Assembly: GCA_028826165.1 (NCBI GenBank)
Contig: JAPDFW010000112.1
Location: 62,001 to 126,000, forward strand
DNA from: Anaeramoeba ignava BMAN
Lineage: Eukaryota; Protista; Anaeramoebae
Direction of reading: 5' to 3'
DNA: 64,000 nt
In this document: positions 26,884 to 40,519 of the stretch, piece after piece
How the letters are laid out: the number at the start of each line of letters is the position of its first letter
Numbering within the stretch: the stretch's first letter is position 1
The notes under the pieces: model-generated
What the model was told of the DNA's origin: nothing
Database searches by the model: none
The model's input: only the letters and a program-made list of their open reading frames with translations
Made by a program: the position numbers and the translations under genes

Positions 26884-27960
26884 ATGAGATATATTTTATC
26901 AAAATTCCCTCGTTTTATTGTTCCTTTTCTTATTTTTCTTTTTGGAATACTTCTTTCTTTAATTTATCGAATTCCAAACAAACAAGAAAAAATTAAAGAG
27001 AAAATGAATGAAAAAATTGAATTAAATTCAAATTATTCAAAAGAAGAAAAAAAAGCAAATGAAAAAAGCAGTGAAAATTTATTTGACACAAAAAAGGATC
27101 AAGAAAAAGAGGGAAAAAAGCCTAAAATTTGCATTTTGATGGTTGACGATCGAAAATTAAAATATAATAATTACAAAGATAAAAACAGAGATATTCCATA
27201 TCATTCACTTAGCGTATATAATAACTATCTATATGCACAAAGATATGGCTATGATTTTCTACGGATGGACATTTCTGACATGAAAAACAACCCAGAGTAT
27301 TTTCCATCACAATTCCACGAGCCATCGCTGATTCCGAGAGCGCCACATTGGAACAAATTGCCCTCTTTATATTATTTGATGACTAAATTGGACTATGATA
27401 TTGTTATGTATTTAGATAGCGATGCGATCTTTTTTGAATTTGAAAAATCAATTGAGGATTTTATTTCCGAAAATGCAAAAAATACCGAAAATATATCACT
27501 TATTGTGACTCGAGACATAGATTCTTCAAAGGATTATGTAAATACGGGAGTGATGATTTTTTTCAATAACGATTTCACAATTCAAATGCTTATTGATTGG
27601 TACAATATGCCATTAAATCATCCCGAACTTGAATTTTGTATTAATCAATGGGGTTATGATCAATCAGCTTTGGGTCGTTTTATGTATAATAAAGACCCCT
27701 GGAAACAAAGAATCTTGATTCTTTCTTTATACACAATGAACAGTAATTACGGAAAATTTGTTCGCCATTTTTGGGGCGGTTTTGAAACAGAAAGAAGAGC
27801 TGATTTGAGAAATTGCGTTCTTATTAATATTTGTCAAAATTCTCATCTTGCTTATTATGATGATATTCTTAATCTTAATTTAGATCCTACTGTTTATCTT
27901 TTTGATTATGTTACTTATAGAAGAATGATTTTAGATTCCAGAAAGAAAAAAGTTGAATAA
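26884..27960 (+). CDS. Type II Golgi glycosyltransferase, GT34 (GMA12/MNN10)-like
   Basis: N-terminal TM, YAQRYGY, HWNKL, DxD motif YLDSDA, NTGVMIF, YDQSAL, FVRHFWG. Confidence 0.8.
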   Translation: MRYILSKFPRFIVPFLIFLFGILLSLIYRIPNKQEKIKEKMNEKIELNSNYSKEEKKANEKSSENLFDTKKDQEKEGKKPKICILMVDDRKLKYNNYKDKNRDIPYHSLSVYNNYLYAQRYGYDFLRMDISDMKNNPEYFPSQFHEPSLIPRAPHWNKLPSLYYLMTKLDYDIVMYLDSDAIFFEFEKSIEDFISENAKNTENISLIVTRDIDSSKDYVNTGVMIFFNNDFTIQMLIDWYNMPLNHPELEFCINQWGYDQSALGRFMYNKDPWKQRILILSLYTMNSNYGKFVRHFWGGFETERRADLRNCVLINICQNSHLAYYDDILNLNLDPTVYLFDYVTYRRMILDSRKKKVE

Positions 27961-28253
27961 TTTTGAATTAGAAAATTTAACAAAATTCAACAAAATTTTT
28001 TTTTTTTTGAATTTTATTTTGATTCTTTTTTGATCCATTTTTTTTTCAAAAAGAAATCAAAATCAAAAATTAAAAATAAAAATAAAATTAAAATTAAAAT
28101 TAAAATTAAAATTAAAATTAAAATTGAAATTAAAATTGAAATTAAAATTGAAATTAAAAATAAAAAAATAAAAATAAAAAAAATAAAAAATGAAAATAAA
28201 AAAAAGTGGAATTGGAATAAATCTTTTCCTTTGGTTTTTTTAATTTGGAATCA

Positions 28254-28797
28254 TTAGACATTAAATGGTAAATGGATAATATCCCAAATTAGAAAAATGC
28301 ATAACACAAAACTGTAAACAAGAATTGCAATAGAATCTCCTAAAGTTACATTATATAATTTTCCACATTGATCTTTCTATTTTTATTTTTATAATTAAAT
28401 TTAAAATTAAAATTAAATAAAATATTTACAACTCCATCTCTTGTTGCCCAAACTAATCCAATAATACACCAAATAAGCTCAAATAATCCAAGAAGTGGTC
28501 CAATAACAATTGAAAAACTAAAGAAGATACCATAAAAATGAAGGAGTAAAACGAAAAAATTCAATAAATTTAAACAACAAAAAACAACATTGCAAATAAT
28601 TATCCAAATCCATAATGATTTTGAACAATCCAAATCCTTATCCTTTTCAGCAACAACCAAAGAAGGAACAACAAAAGCAAGAGTTGAAATAATTATCAAA
28701 AATGAAAAAAAGTAACTGAAAAACAACAAAATATCAAAATTAATTTAATTTAATTTAATTTAATTTAATTGAAAAAGAATTTGTACATTTGAACCAT
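28254..28797 (-). CDS. Small 4-TM membrane protein (TMEM272-like), tandem paralog A
   Basis: ATG 28797; introns 28716-28786 and 28377-28429. Motifs CSKSLWIWIIIC, WCIIGLVWAT, KDQCGKLY; TAA 28254-28256. Confidence 0.65.
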
Positions 28798-28921
28798 TTT
28801 TTTTTTAAAAATAAAATCCAAAACGAAAAGAGAATAAAAAAAGGAAAAAATGAAAAAAATTTTCTTTAATTAATTTTCGCATTTCGATTTGAAATAAAAA
28901 AGTGGAATTCGAAAAAAAAAA

Positions 28922-29547
28922 TTATTGAACCATAGTTCCCATATTTAGGACAGTACAAATGATTAAAATTGTGAAAAGAACACCAGAAACAAGAATTGCA
29001 ATAGCATCTCCTAAAGTTACATTATATAATTTTCCACATTGATCTTTCTATTATTATTATTATTATTTTTATATTTATAATTAAAATTATAATTAAAATT
29101 AAAATTATAAATTAAAATTAAATTTAAAATAAAATATTTACAACTCCATCTCTTGTTGCCCAAACTAATCCAACAATACACCAACAAAATTGAAATAATC
29201 CAAGAAGTGGAGTGAAAAATAAAAATAATTTAATAAAAAATGATTCTCCAGATTCAAAAAAATACAAAAGATTCAATAAATTTTGACAACAAAAACAACA
29301 TTGCAAACAATTATCCAAGTCCATAATGATTTTGAACAATCTAAATCCTTATCTTTTCCAGCAACAACCAAAGAAGGAACAACAAAAGCAGATGTTATTA
29401 TAATAACAATAACAAGATGACAAAGACTAAAAATAAAAATAAAAAGCAAAAATTAATTTAAATTGAAAATTTTTTTGCTTTTTTTTTATTATTATTAAAT
29501 GAAAAAAAAACCAAAAGAGAGAAACAATTAATTACTTACCCTTCCAT
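28922..29547 (-). CDS. Small 4-TM membrane protein (TMEM272-like), tandem paralog B
   Basis: ATG 29547; introns 29427-29539 and 29048-29141, the latter at the same codon position as in paralog A. Near-identical blocks (AFVVPSLVVA, DKDLDCSKSLW, GLVWATRDGV|KDQCGKLYNVTLGD). One T is missing from a T-run near 29292. Confidence 0.62.
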
Positions 29548-29654
29548 TTAGATCAAACAAAAACCAAAAAAAACCAAAAGAAAAAAAATGAAATTTATTT
29601 TTTTGTTAAAAGGAGAATAATTTTAAAAAAAATTTTTTTTAATTCCAAAAAAAA

Positions 29655-30770
29655 AAATGATTAAAAAAAATGGAATAAATTTATTACTAAATAGATTTAA
29701 ATAAAAACTAAAATAGATTTAAATTAAATATAATTAAAAAAAATGGAATAAATTTAATAAAAAAATTTAATAAAAAATTTAAAAAAAAATATGATTAAAA
29801 AAAATGGAATAAATTTTTCAATTAATAATTTAAATAAAAATTAAAATAGATTTAAATTAAGTTTTAATTAAATAAAATGGTTAAATTTAAATTGAATTTA
29901 ATTAAAAAAATGGTTAAATTTAAATTAAAAATTTAATAAAAAAAATGATTAAAAAAAATGGAATAAATTTTTCAATTAATAATTTAAATAAAAATTAAAA
30001 TAGATTTAAATTGAATTTTAATTAAAAATTAAAATAGATTTAAATTAAGTTTTAATTAAAAAAATGGTTAAATTTAAATTAAAAATTAAAAATTTAATTA
30101 AAAAATGATTAAAAAAAATGGAATAAATTTTTCAATTAATAATTTAAATAAAAATTAAAATAGATTTAAATTAAGTTTTAATTAAATAAAATGGTTAAAT
30201 TTAAATTGAATTTTATTTAAAAAAATGGTTAAATTTAAATTAAAAATTTAATAAAAAAATGATTAAAAAAAGTGGAATAAATTTTTCAATTAATAATTTA
30301 AACAAAAATTAAAATAGATTTAAATTGAATTTTAATTAAAAATTAAAATAGATTTAAATTAAGTTTTAATTAAATAAAATGGTTAAATTTAAATTGAATT
30401 TAATTAAAAAAATGGTTAAATTTAAATTAAAAATTTAATAAAAAAAATGATTAAAAAAAATGGAATAAATTTTTCAATTAATAATTTTAATAAAAATTAA
30501 AATAGATTTAAATTGAATTTTAATTAAAAATTAAAATAGATTTAAATTAAGTTTTAATTAAATAAAATGGTTAAATTTAAATTAAATTTAATTAAAAAAA
30601 TGGTTAAATTTAAATTAAAAATTTAATAAAAAAAAATGATTAAAAAAAGTGGAATAAATTTTTCAATTAATAATTTTAAATAAAAATTAAAATAGATTTA
30701 AATTAAGTTTTAATTAAATAAAAATGGTTAAATTTAAATTAAATTTAATTAAAAAATGGTTAAATTTAAT
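29655..30770. repeat. Intergenic tandem repeat, 154-189 bp units
   Basis: GGAATAAA anchors at 29806, 29960, 30120, 30274, 30462, 30651. Confidence 0.9.
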
Positions 30771-30998
30771 TAGATCAAATGAATTTCAAAAAAATGTGTT
30801 TAGGGTCATAAAATTAAACTAAAAATTAAAAAAAATTTTTGCAAACGAAGCAAATTTTTAATTGAAAATAAAATGGAAAAATTTCAATTAAAAAATTTAA
30901 CTAACAAAAAACTTTAAAAAAAAATTTTACTGAAAAATAAAAACCATTTTTCTTTTGGTAACAATAAGAAAAAAATAATTTAATTTAAAAAGCAAAAA

Positions 30999-32949
<1,951 letters not shown>

Positions 32950-33069
32950 ATTCCTTTTATTCTTTCTTTCTTTTAATTTGATTCGATTTGATTTTCTTTT
33001 GATTTTCTTTTAATTTTTCCAGAATAAAATTCTTCATCCATTTCATTTCATTTTTTTTTTAATTTTTGA

Positions 33070-33620
33070 GAATAGATTTAATTTAATATTTAATTTATAA
33101 ATTAATTTAAAAATATAATTTAATATTTAATTTCATGTTTAAAATAATAATTTAATGTTTTAGATTTAAATATTTTATTATTTAAATATTTAACATATAA
33201 AAATATAAAAATAAGAATAGATTTAATTTAATATTTAATTTATAAATTAATTTAAAAATATAATTTAATATTTAATTTTATGTTTAGAATAATAATTTAT
33301 TGTTTTAGATTTAAGTATTTTATTATTTAAATATTTAACATATAAATATAAAAAATAAGAATAGATTTAATTTAATATCTAATTTATAAATTAATTTAAA
33401 AATATAATTTAATATTTAATTTTATTATTAAAATAGTAATTTATTGTTTTAGATTTAAATATTTTATTATTTAAATATTTAACATAAAAATATAAAAAAA
33501 AATGAGAATAAATTTAATTTAATATTTAATTTATAAATTAATTTATAAATATAATTTAATATTTAATTCTATTATTAAAATAATAATTTATTGTTTTATA
33601 TTTAAATATTTTATTATTTA
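33070..33620. repeat. Intergenic tandem repeat, 4 copies of about 145 bp
   Basis: AATA(G/A)ATTTAATTTAATA starts at 33071, 33216, 33360, 33507. Confidence 0.92.
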
Positions 33621-34012
33621 AAAAATATTTTGAAAATTGATTTTTTTGAAATTAAAATTTTATCTTTTTGAATTAAATTGAATTAATATTAATTTGGAAA
33701 TTTGTTTTTAAAATTTAAATTTATTAATAATTTTTAAATTCAAAAATTAAAAATTAAAAATTAAAATAAAAATAATTTTCCTTTTTTTAATAAAAAATTA
33801 ATAAAAAATAATAATAATTTATTAATAAATTAATTTAAAATAATAAATTAAAAAGAAAATTAAATTAATTATTAATTTAAATTTATTCTTATTTTTATAT
33901 TTTTATTTATTTTCAAAAATCCACTTTTTATTTATTTTTAAATTTTTTTTTCATTTTTCCTTTTTAAAAACAAAAACAAAACACAAACAAAAAACAAAAC
34001 ACAAAAAACAAA

Positions 34013-35601
34013 ATGGATAATAATAATAATGATAACCAAATTGAAAATGCAAACCAAAATGAAAATGAAAATGAAATGAAAAATTTACAAAAAAAAGTAA
34101 CAAAAAATTTAATTAAAGATTATTCAAACCTTTTAAATGGAAATTCATTTAAAGATTTTTCAATTTTTGTTGAGAATAAATCAAATCCTTTTGAAATTAA
34201 AGTTCATAAATCAATTTTATCTTCAAGATCTCCTTTTTAATGAGTCATTAAGGCAAGAATCTCTTTCTATTTCTTTAAATCAATTTAATAAAAAAGAAAT
34301 GGAATCAATTTTGAGTTATATTTATTATGGAAATATTTCTTTTGAGAATCAAGAAAATCTTCTCCAATTATTGGAAATTTCAATTTATTTTAAATTAAAT
34401 TTATTGAAAGAAATTATTCAAAAAAAAATTTTAAATTCAATTAATTATTCAAATTTTTTCCAATTTTTATTCCAAAATCGAAATTTAAATTCAAATGAAA
34501 TTGAAATAAAATGTTTTGAATTAATAAATCAAAATTTTTCCCAAATTCAAAATAATGAAAATTTATTCAATTTAACTAAAGAAGAAATTATCAAATTTAT
34601 TCAATTTAAACAAGAAAAAAAAGAAATTTTTCAATTTGATTTTTTTCAATTTTTAAATAATTGGATTAAAAAAAGAAATCAAAGATTAAAAGGAAAGAAA
34701 TATGAACACAAAATGAATGAAAAGAAAAGATTATTTCATTCTTTTTTTTCATTATTTGATAAAGATTCAATTTCAAAACAAGATTTTGATAAATTAAAAC
34801 AATTTCAAATTTTTCTTCCCAAATCTATTTTCATCAAGAAGCAAAAAAAATTAATTCAAGACAAAAAGAATTCAAGAAAAGAAAATTAAAAGAAGAGATA
34901 AAAGAATCAAATCATTTGAATCAGATATTCGAAATTTGAAATCTGAAAATAAGAAGAAAGAGAAGGAAATTGAAGAGAAATGGAAGAAAGAAGTTGAGAA
35001 AATGAAACCAATTTTTGATCAATATCAAATGAAGATTGAATTAAGAAAGAATTTTCCTCAATTTTCAGATTCAAAAATTATTAAAGATATTGAATATGTT
35101 AAGAAATTACAAGAATGGATAAATGATAATTATTTTTTTTCTAAAATGAAAAAAGGATTTTCAGCAAAAAGAGATGGATTTAATTCTAAAAATTGGCATA
35201 AAGCAGTTGATGGGAAAGGAAAAACATTAGTTATTATCAAAACAAAAGATAATTTTATTTTTGGAGGTTTTACTCAAGTTGGATTTAATGGAAATAAAGG
35301 AGACATTAATGACTCAAGTGCATTTATTTTTTCATTAAGAAATGATAAAGGGGATAGAATTCCTGAAAAGTTTACATATAAACAAGGTCGTGCAATTTAT
35401 TCTGATTTAATTTGTGGTCCAAGTTTTGGTAATGGAAGTGATTTTTGGTTATCTTCTAATTTACAACCTGGTGGTTCAAATTTTGGTAGAAGTTATAATT
35501 TACCTAATGGAATTATTTATCGAACAAATGAAGCTCAAAGTTATTTAGCTGGTTCTCCTGATAAATGGGTTGTTGATGAACTTGAATCTTATTTTATTTA
35601 A
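34013..35601 (+). CDS. BTB/POZ + TLDc domain protein (paralog of 14934-16550), two frameshifts
   Basis: KDYSNLLNG..FKDFSIFV...KVHKSILSSRSPF and the TLDc domain are collinear with the 14934-16550 gene. Frame breaks in a T-run near 34235 and in A-runs near 34860-34930. Confidence 0.8.
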
Positions 35602-36074
35602 AAATTAATTAATAATAAGAAAATCAAACTTTTTTTTTTTAATTTTTTTTTCAAAATTTAATTCAATTTTAATTTACTTTTAATCAAATTAATTTCTTTA
35701 AAATAATAAATAAGAAACAAATTTAATTTTAAATAATTTAATTTTAATTTAAAATATTTATTAAAAATTTAATTAATAAAAAATAATCCAAAAAAAAAAA
35801 TAATAAATTTTAAAAAATTGAATATTTTTAATATAATAAATAAAAATAAAAATTGAAAATAGAAATTAATAATAATTAAATTTAAATTCATTAATTAAAA
35901 TATTAAAATAAAAAAAATCAAATAAAATTTATTATTAATTAATATTTAAATATTAATAAATTATAATCAAAATCAAAAAATAGAATAATTAGTAAATTAT
36001 TTTTTTAGAAAGTTTATCTTATTCAATCATGTTAAATTCAATTTATTTAAAATTTTTTAATTTTTTAATTTTAT

Positions 36075-36866
36075 TTTTTAATATATTTTATTATAATTAA
36101 AATTGGAATAATAAATAATTAAAAATATTAGTATAATAAATAAAAACATTATTTTATAAATTAAAATAAAATAAATCTAAATTAAATTATTATTAAATAT
36201 TATTAAAATTAATTATTTATCTTTATTAAAATATTTATTCCACTTTTTTTTAATATATTTTATTATAATTAAAATTGGAATAATAAATAATTAAAAATAT
36301 TAGTATAATAAATAAAAATATTATATCAAATTAAAAATAAAATAAATTTAAATTAAATTATTATTAAATATTATTAAAATTAAATATTTATATTTATTAA
36401 AATATTTCAATTTTCTTTTCAATTTGTATTAAATTATTGGGAATAATTTTATATTATTTTAAGTAAAGAAATATTAATAAAATATATAAAATACAATCAA
36501 TTTGAAATTGAATTATTTAATATTCTTTATTCCATTTTTGAAATAAATTAATTAAAAGATTTTATTAATTTTATTAAATTATTGAGAATAATTTTATATT
36601 ATTTTAAATAAAGAAATATTAATAAAATATATAAAATATAATTAATTTTAAATTTAATTATTTAATATTCTTTATTCCATTTTTGAAATAAATTAATTAA
36701 AATATTTTATTTATTTTATTTCATTATTGAGAATAATTTTATATTATTTTAAATAAAGAAATATTAATAAAATATATAAAACATAATTAATTTTAAATTT
36801 AATTATTTAATATTCTTTATTCCATTTTTGAAATAAATTAATTAAAATATTTTATTAATTTTATTT
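36075..36866. repeat. Two adjacent intergenic tandem duplications (2 x 172 bp; 3 x 145 bp)
   Basis: GGAATAAT at 36105 and 36277; GAATAATTTTATATT at 36441, 36586, 36731. Confidence 0.88.
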
Positions 36867-37045
36867 GAAGAAAAAATAATAGAATTTTCCTAATTAAAAT
36901 TAGGAATGGGAAGTAAAATAGATTTAAGAATGAAATTTATTATTAATTTATGATAAATTCTTTTTCAAACATTTTAAAAAAAAAATCAAAAATAATTTTT
37001 CATTTTTTTCATTTTTTTCATTTTTTTTTTCATTTTTTTTTGTTC

Positions 37046-40000
37046 ATGTCAAACAATACAAATTTAAAATCACCAAATCATTTACAATCAACAGTTAAGA
37101 AAACATTATTTGAAAAAAGGAAACCTAGAGCAATTAGTTGTCCATCACCAAATCCTAAAACAACTAAAAGAATAAATTTTGAAAAATCAGTTTTATTATC
37201 ACCAGATCAAAATGCACAAATAAGTATAAATATTAACGGAATAAAAAGAAAAATAAAAGAAAAAAAGAAAAAAAAATTTATTCAAATTATTCTTTTTGTA
37301 AAAAAAAAAAGCTTTTGATAATGATTTTATTATTCAATCTGTTATTGGAAAAGGATCTTTTGGAATTGTTTATCGTGTAAAATGGATTAAAGATGATCAA
37401 ATTTATGCAATTAAAAAATCATTATCTCCTTTTAGAGGAAAAGGTGATTCTCATAGAAAATATAATGAAATTTGGGCAAATAAAGAATTACTTTCTGGAA
37501 AAAGAACTATAGAAAGTGAACATATTGTTAAACTAATTCAAGCTTGGCAAGAAGAAGGTTATTTGTTTATTCAAATGGAGTTTTGCAATCAAGGAAATTT
37601 AGAAAGTTATATTGAAAATAATCCTATTATATCTGAATTAAATATTTGGAATTTTATTCTTGATATTACTCTGGTATTTTTAGAAGGAAATTTAAAATCA
37701 ATTAAAATTAAAAATTAAAATTCAATTTAGATATGAAAATTAAAATTAAAATTAAAATTAAAATTAAAATTAAAATTAAAATTAAAATTAAAATTCATTT
37801 ATAAATTAAAATTCATTTATAAAATTAAAATTAATATTAAAATTAAATATTAAAATTAAAATTAAAATTAAAATTAAAATTAAAATTAAAATTAAAATTA
37901 AAATTAAAATTATAATTAAAATTAAATTTAAATTTAAAATCAAAATAAAAATTAAAATTAAAATTAAAATTAAAATTAAAATTAAAATTAAAAATTAAAA
38001 TTAAAAATCAAAATCAAAATTAAAATTAAAATTAAAATTAAAATTAAAATTAAATTAAAAATTAAAATTAAAATTAAAAATTAAAATTAAAATTAAAATT
38101 AAAATTAAAATTAAAATTAAAATTAAAATTAAAATTAAAATTAAAATCAAAATTAAAATCAAAATCAAAATTAAAATTAAAAATTAATATTAAAATTAAA
38201 ATTAATATTAAAATTAAGGGATTGCAATTTATTCATTCACAAAATTTAATACATATGGATGTTAAACCAGAAAATATTTTACTGAATAATGGATTATGTA
38301 AATTAGGAGATTTTGGATTAATTTTAAGAGAAGGACAAATTGTTGATAGAGAAGGAGATTCAAGATATCTTCCTCCTGAATTTTTTGGAAATTCTGCTGA
38401 AGATGAAAATATTTCAAGTAAAGAAATTGATATATTTAGTTTGGGAATTACAATATATGAGATTGCAGCTCATATATATTTACCTAAATCTGGAGAAGCA
38501 TGGCAAATTTTAAGAGATATTGGTGGAGAAAAAAAAGATTTTGAAAATAATTCAAATCAAAATTTAAATCAAAATCAAAATCAAAATTCAAATCAAAATT
38601 CAAATCAAAATTTAAATCAAAATTCAATAAAAAATTTAAATCAAAATTCAATAGAAAATTCAAATCAAAATTTAAATCAAAATTTAAATCAAAATTTAAA
38701 TCAAAATCAAAATCAAAATCAAAATCAAAATCAAAATCAAAATCAAAATCAAAATCAAAATCAAAATTCAAATCAAAATTCAATAAAAAATTCAAATCAA
38801 AATTTAAATCAAAATCAAAATCAAAATTTAAATCAAAATTCAAATCAAAACTCAAATCAAAATTCAAATCAAAATTCAAATCAAAATTCAAATCAAAATT
38901 TAAATCAAAATTAAAATCAAAATTCAAATCAAAACTCAAATCAAAATTCAAATCAAAATTCAAATCAAAATTCAAATCAAAATTTAAATCAAAATCAAAA
39001 TCAAAATTCAAATCAAAATTCAAATCAAAATTTAAATCAAAATTCAATAAAAAATTTAAATCAAAATTCAATAGAAAATTCAAATCAAAATTTAAATCAA
39101 AATTTAAATCAAAATTTAAATCAAAATCAAAATCAAAATCAAAATCAAAATCAAAATCAAAATCAAAATCAAAATTCAAATCAAAATTCAATAAAAAATT
39201 CAAATCAAAATTTAAATCAAAATCAAAATCAAAATTTAAATCAAAATTCAAATCAAAACTCAAATCAAAATTCAAATCAAAATCAAAATCAAAATTCAAA
39301 TCAAAATTCAAATCAAAATTTAAATCAAAATCAAAATCAAAATTCAAATCAAAATCAAAATCAAAATTTAAATCAAAATTCAATAAAAAATTTAAATCAA
39401 AATTCAATAAAAAATTTAAATCAAAATTCAAATCAAAATCAAAATCAAAATCAAAATTTAAATCAAAATTCAAATCAAAATTCAATAAAAAATTCAAATC
39501 AAAATTCAAATCAAAATTCAAATCAAAATTCAAATCAAAATTCAAATCAAAATTCAAATCAAAATCAAAATCAAAATTCAAATCAAAATTCAAATCAAAA
39601 TTCAAATCAAAACTCAAACCAAAATTCAAATCAAAATTCAAATCAAAACTCAAATCAAAATTCAAATCAAAATCAAAATCAAAATCAAAATTCAAATCAA
39701 AATCAAAATCAAAATCAAAACCAAAATCAAAATCAAAATCAAAATTCATTAGAAAATTCATTAGAAAATTCATTAGATGAAGTAACTCCAAAAAAAACTC
39801 CAAAAAATAATCCAATCAATCAAATAGAAAATTCAAATGAAAATTTAAAAAATCAAAACTTACAAAATATCGATTTTGGTGATATGCAAGTTTATAAAGA
39901 TTTCCTCCCAAAATTAAACTTTAATAATTCAGAAAAATTACAATATAACATTTCACGTTCTCAAATATTAAAAGATTTTATAATTTGGTTATTACAAAAA

Positions 40001-40519
40001 AATCCTAAAAAAAGACCAACTGTAGAAAAAATTCTGAAACATCCAATGATTTCTAAATTATTTCAAAAAAGAATAGAAGAAAAAAAATATTCACACACAA
40101 TAAATTCAAAGGAAGAAAAAATAGTTTCATTTTCAGATAAATTCGATAATATGATTAATTCTTTTGGAAATTTTTTTACAACATCAAAAAAACAAGTTGC
40201 AAAATCAAAAATATCAAGAAATGATTCAGAATTTGATTTTTTGGTTTCTCCAAGTTTTGATGAGAAAGATTTATTATATTCTGATTCAAGTTTTGATCTT
40301 TCACCTGATCATAAAAGATGTCGTTCTCAAAAACCAAAAAGAACAGGATCTTCTTTTCAAGGAATGAAACCAAAAAATTTATTTAGTATTTTTCAAGAAG
40401 ATGAAAAAGGAAATGATAATTTAAATGATAATGATATTGATAATTTAAATGATAATGATATTGATAATTTAAATGATAATGATATTGATAATTTAAATGA
40501 TAATGATGATTTATTTTGA
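37046..40519 (+). CDS. Wee1/Myt1-family protein kinase with very large N/Q insert in the C-lobe
   Basis: ATG 37046; introns 37224-37311 and 37674-38218. Motifs IGKGSFG, YAIKKS, HMDVKPEN, DFG, REGDSRYLPPE, LPKSGEAWQILR and downstream WLLQKNPKKRPT. ORFs 38222 and 39884 share one frame with a single TAA at 38912-38914. Confidence 0.85.
37700..38215 (+). repeat. (TTAAAA)n array in Wee1/Myt1 intron 2
   Basis: Hexamer array with ATTCATTTATAAA interruptions. Confidence 0.95.
38550..39745 (+). repeat. AATCAA/AATTCA/AATTTA coding-frame repeat (NQ/NS/NL) with 420-bp higher-order duplication
   Basis: Lines starting 38581/39001 and 38641/39061 are identical. Confidence 0.92.

Noticed and set aside
28788-28933. 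Paralog B ends in MVQ* and paralog A begins MVQ, suggesting a fusion or duplication junction
   Set aside because: Only 9 nt match with dissimilar flanks; compatible with chance.
29655-30770. CRISPR-like array or MITE cluster
   Set aside because: Entire units are repeated with no unique spacers, no terminal inverted repeats or target-site duplications, and no cas or transposase genes; eukaryotic context.
38912-38914. Stop-codon reassignment (TAA as Gln) suggested by an in-frame TAA
   Set aside because: Isolated case inside a repeat. TAA terminates most genes here and long conserved ORFs have no internal stops.
38484-39815. 443-aa antisense ORF (DLNF repeats), and similar antisense ORFs at 441, 1663, 13337, 20109, 44725, 61278-61930
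   Set aside because: Shadows of low-complexity coding repeats on the opposite strand.
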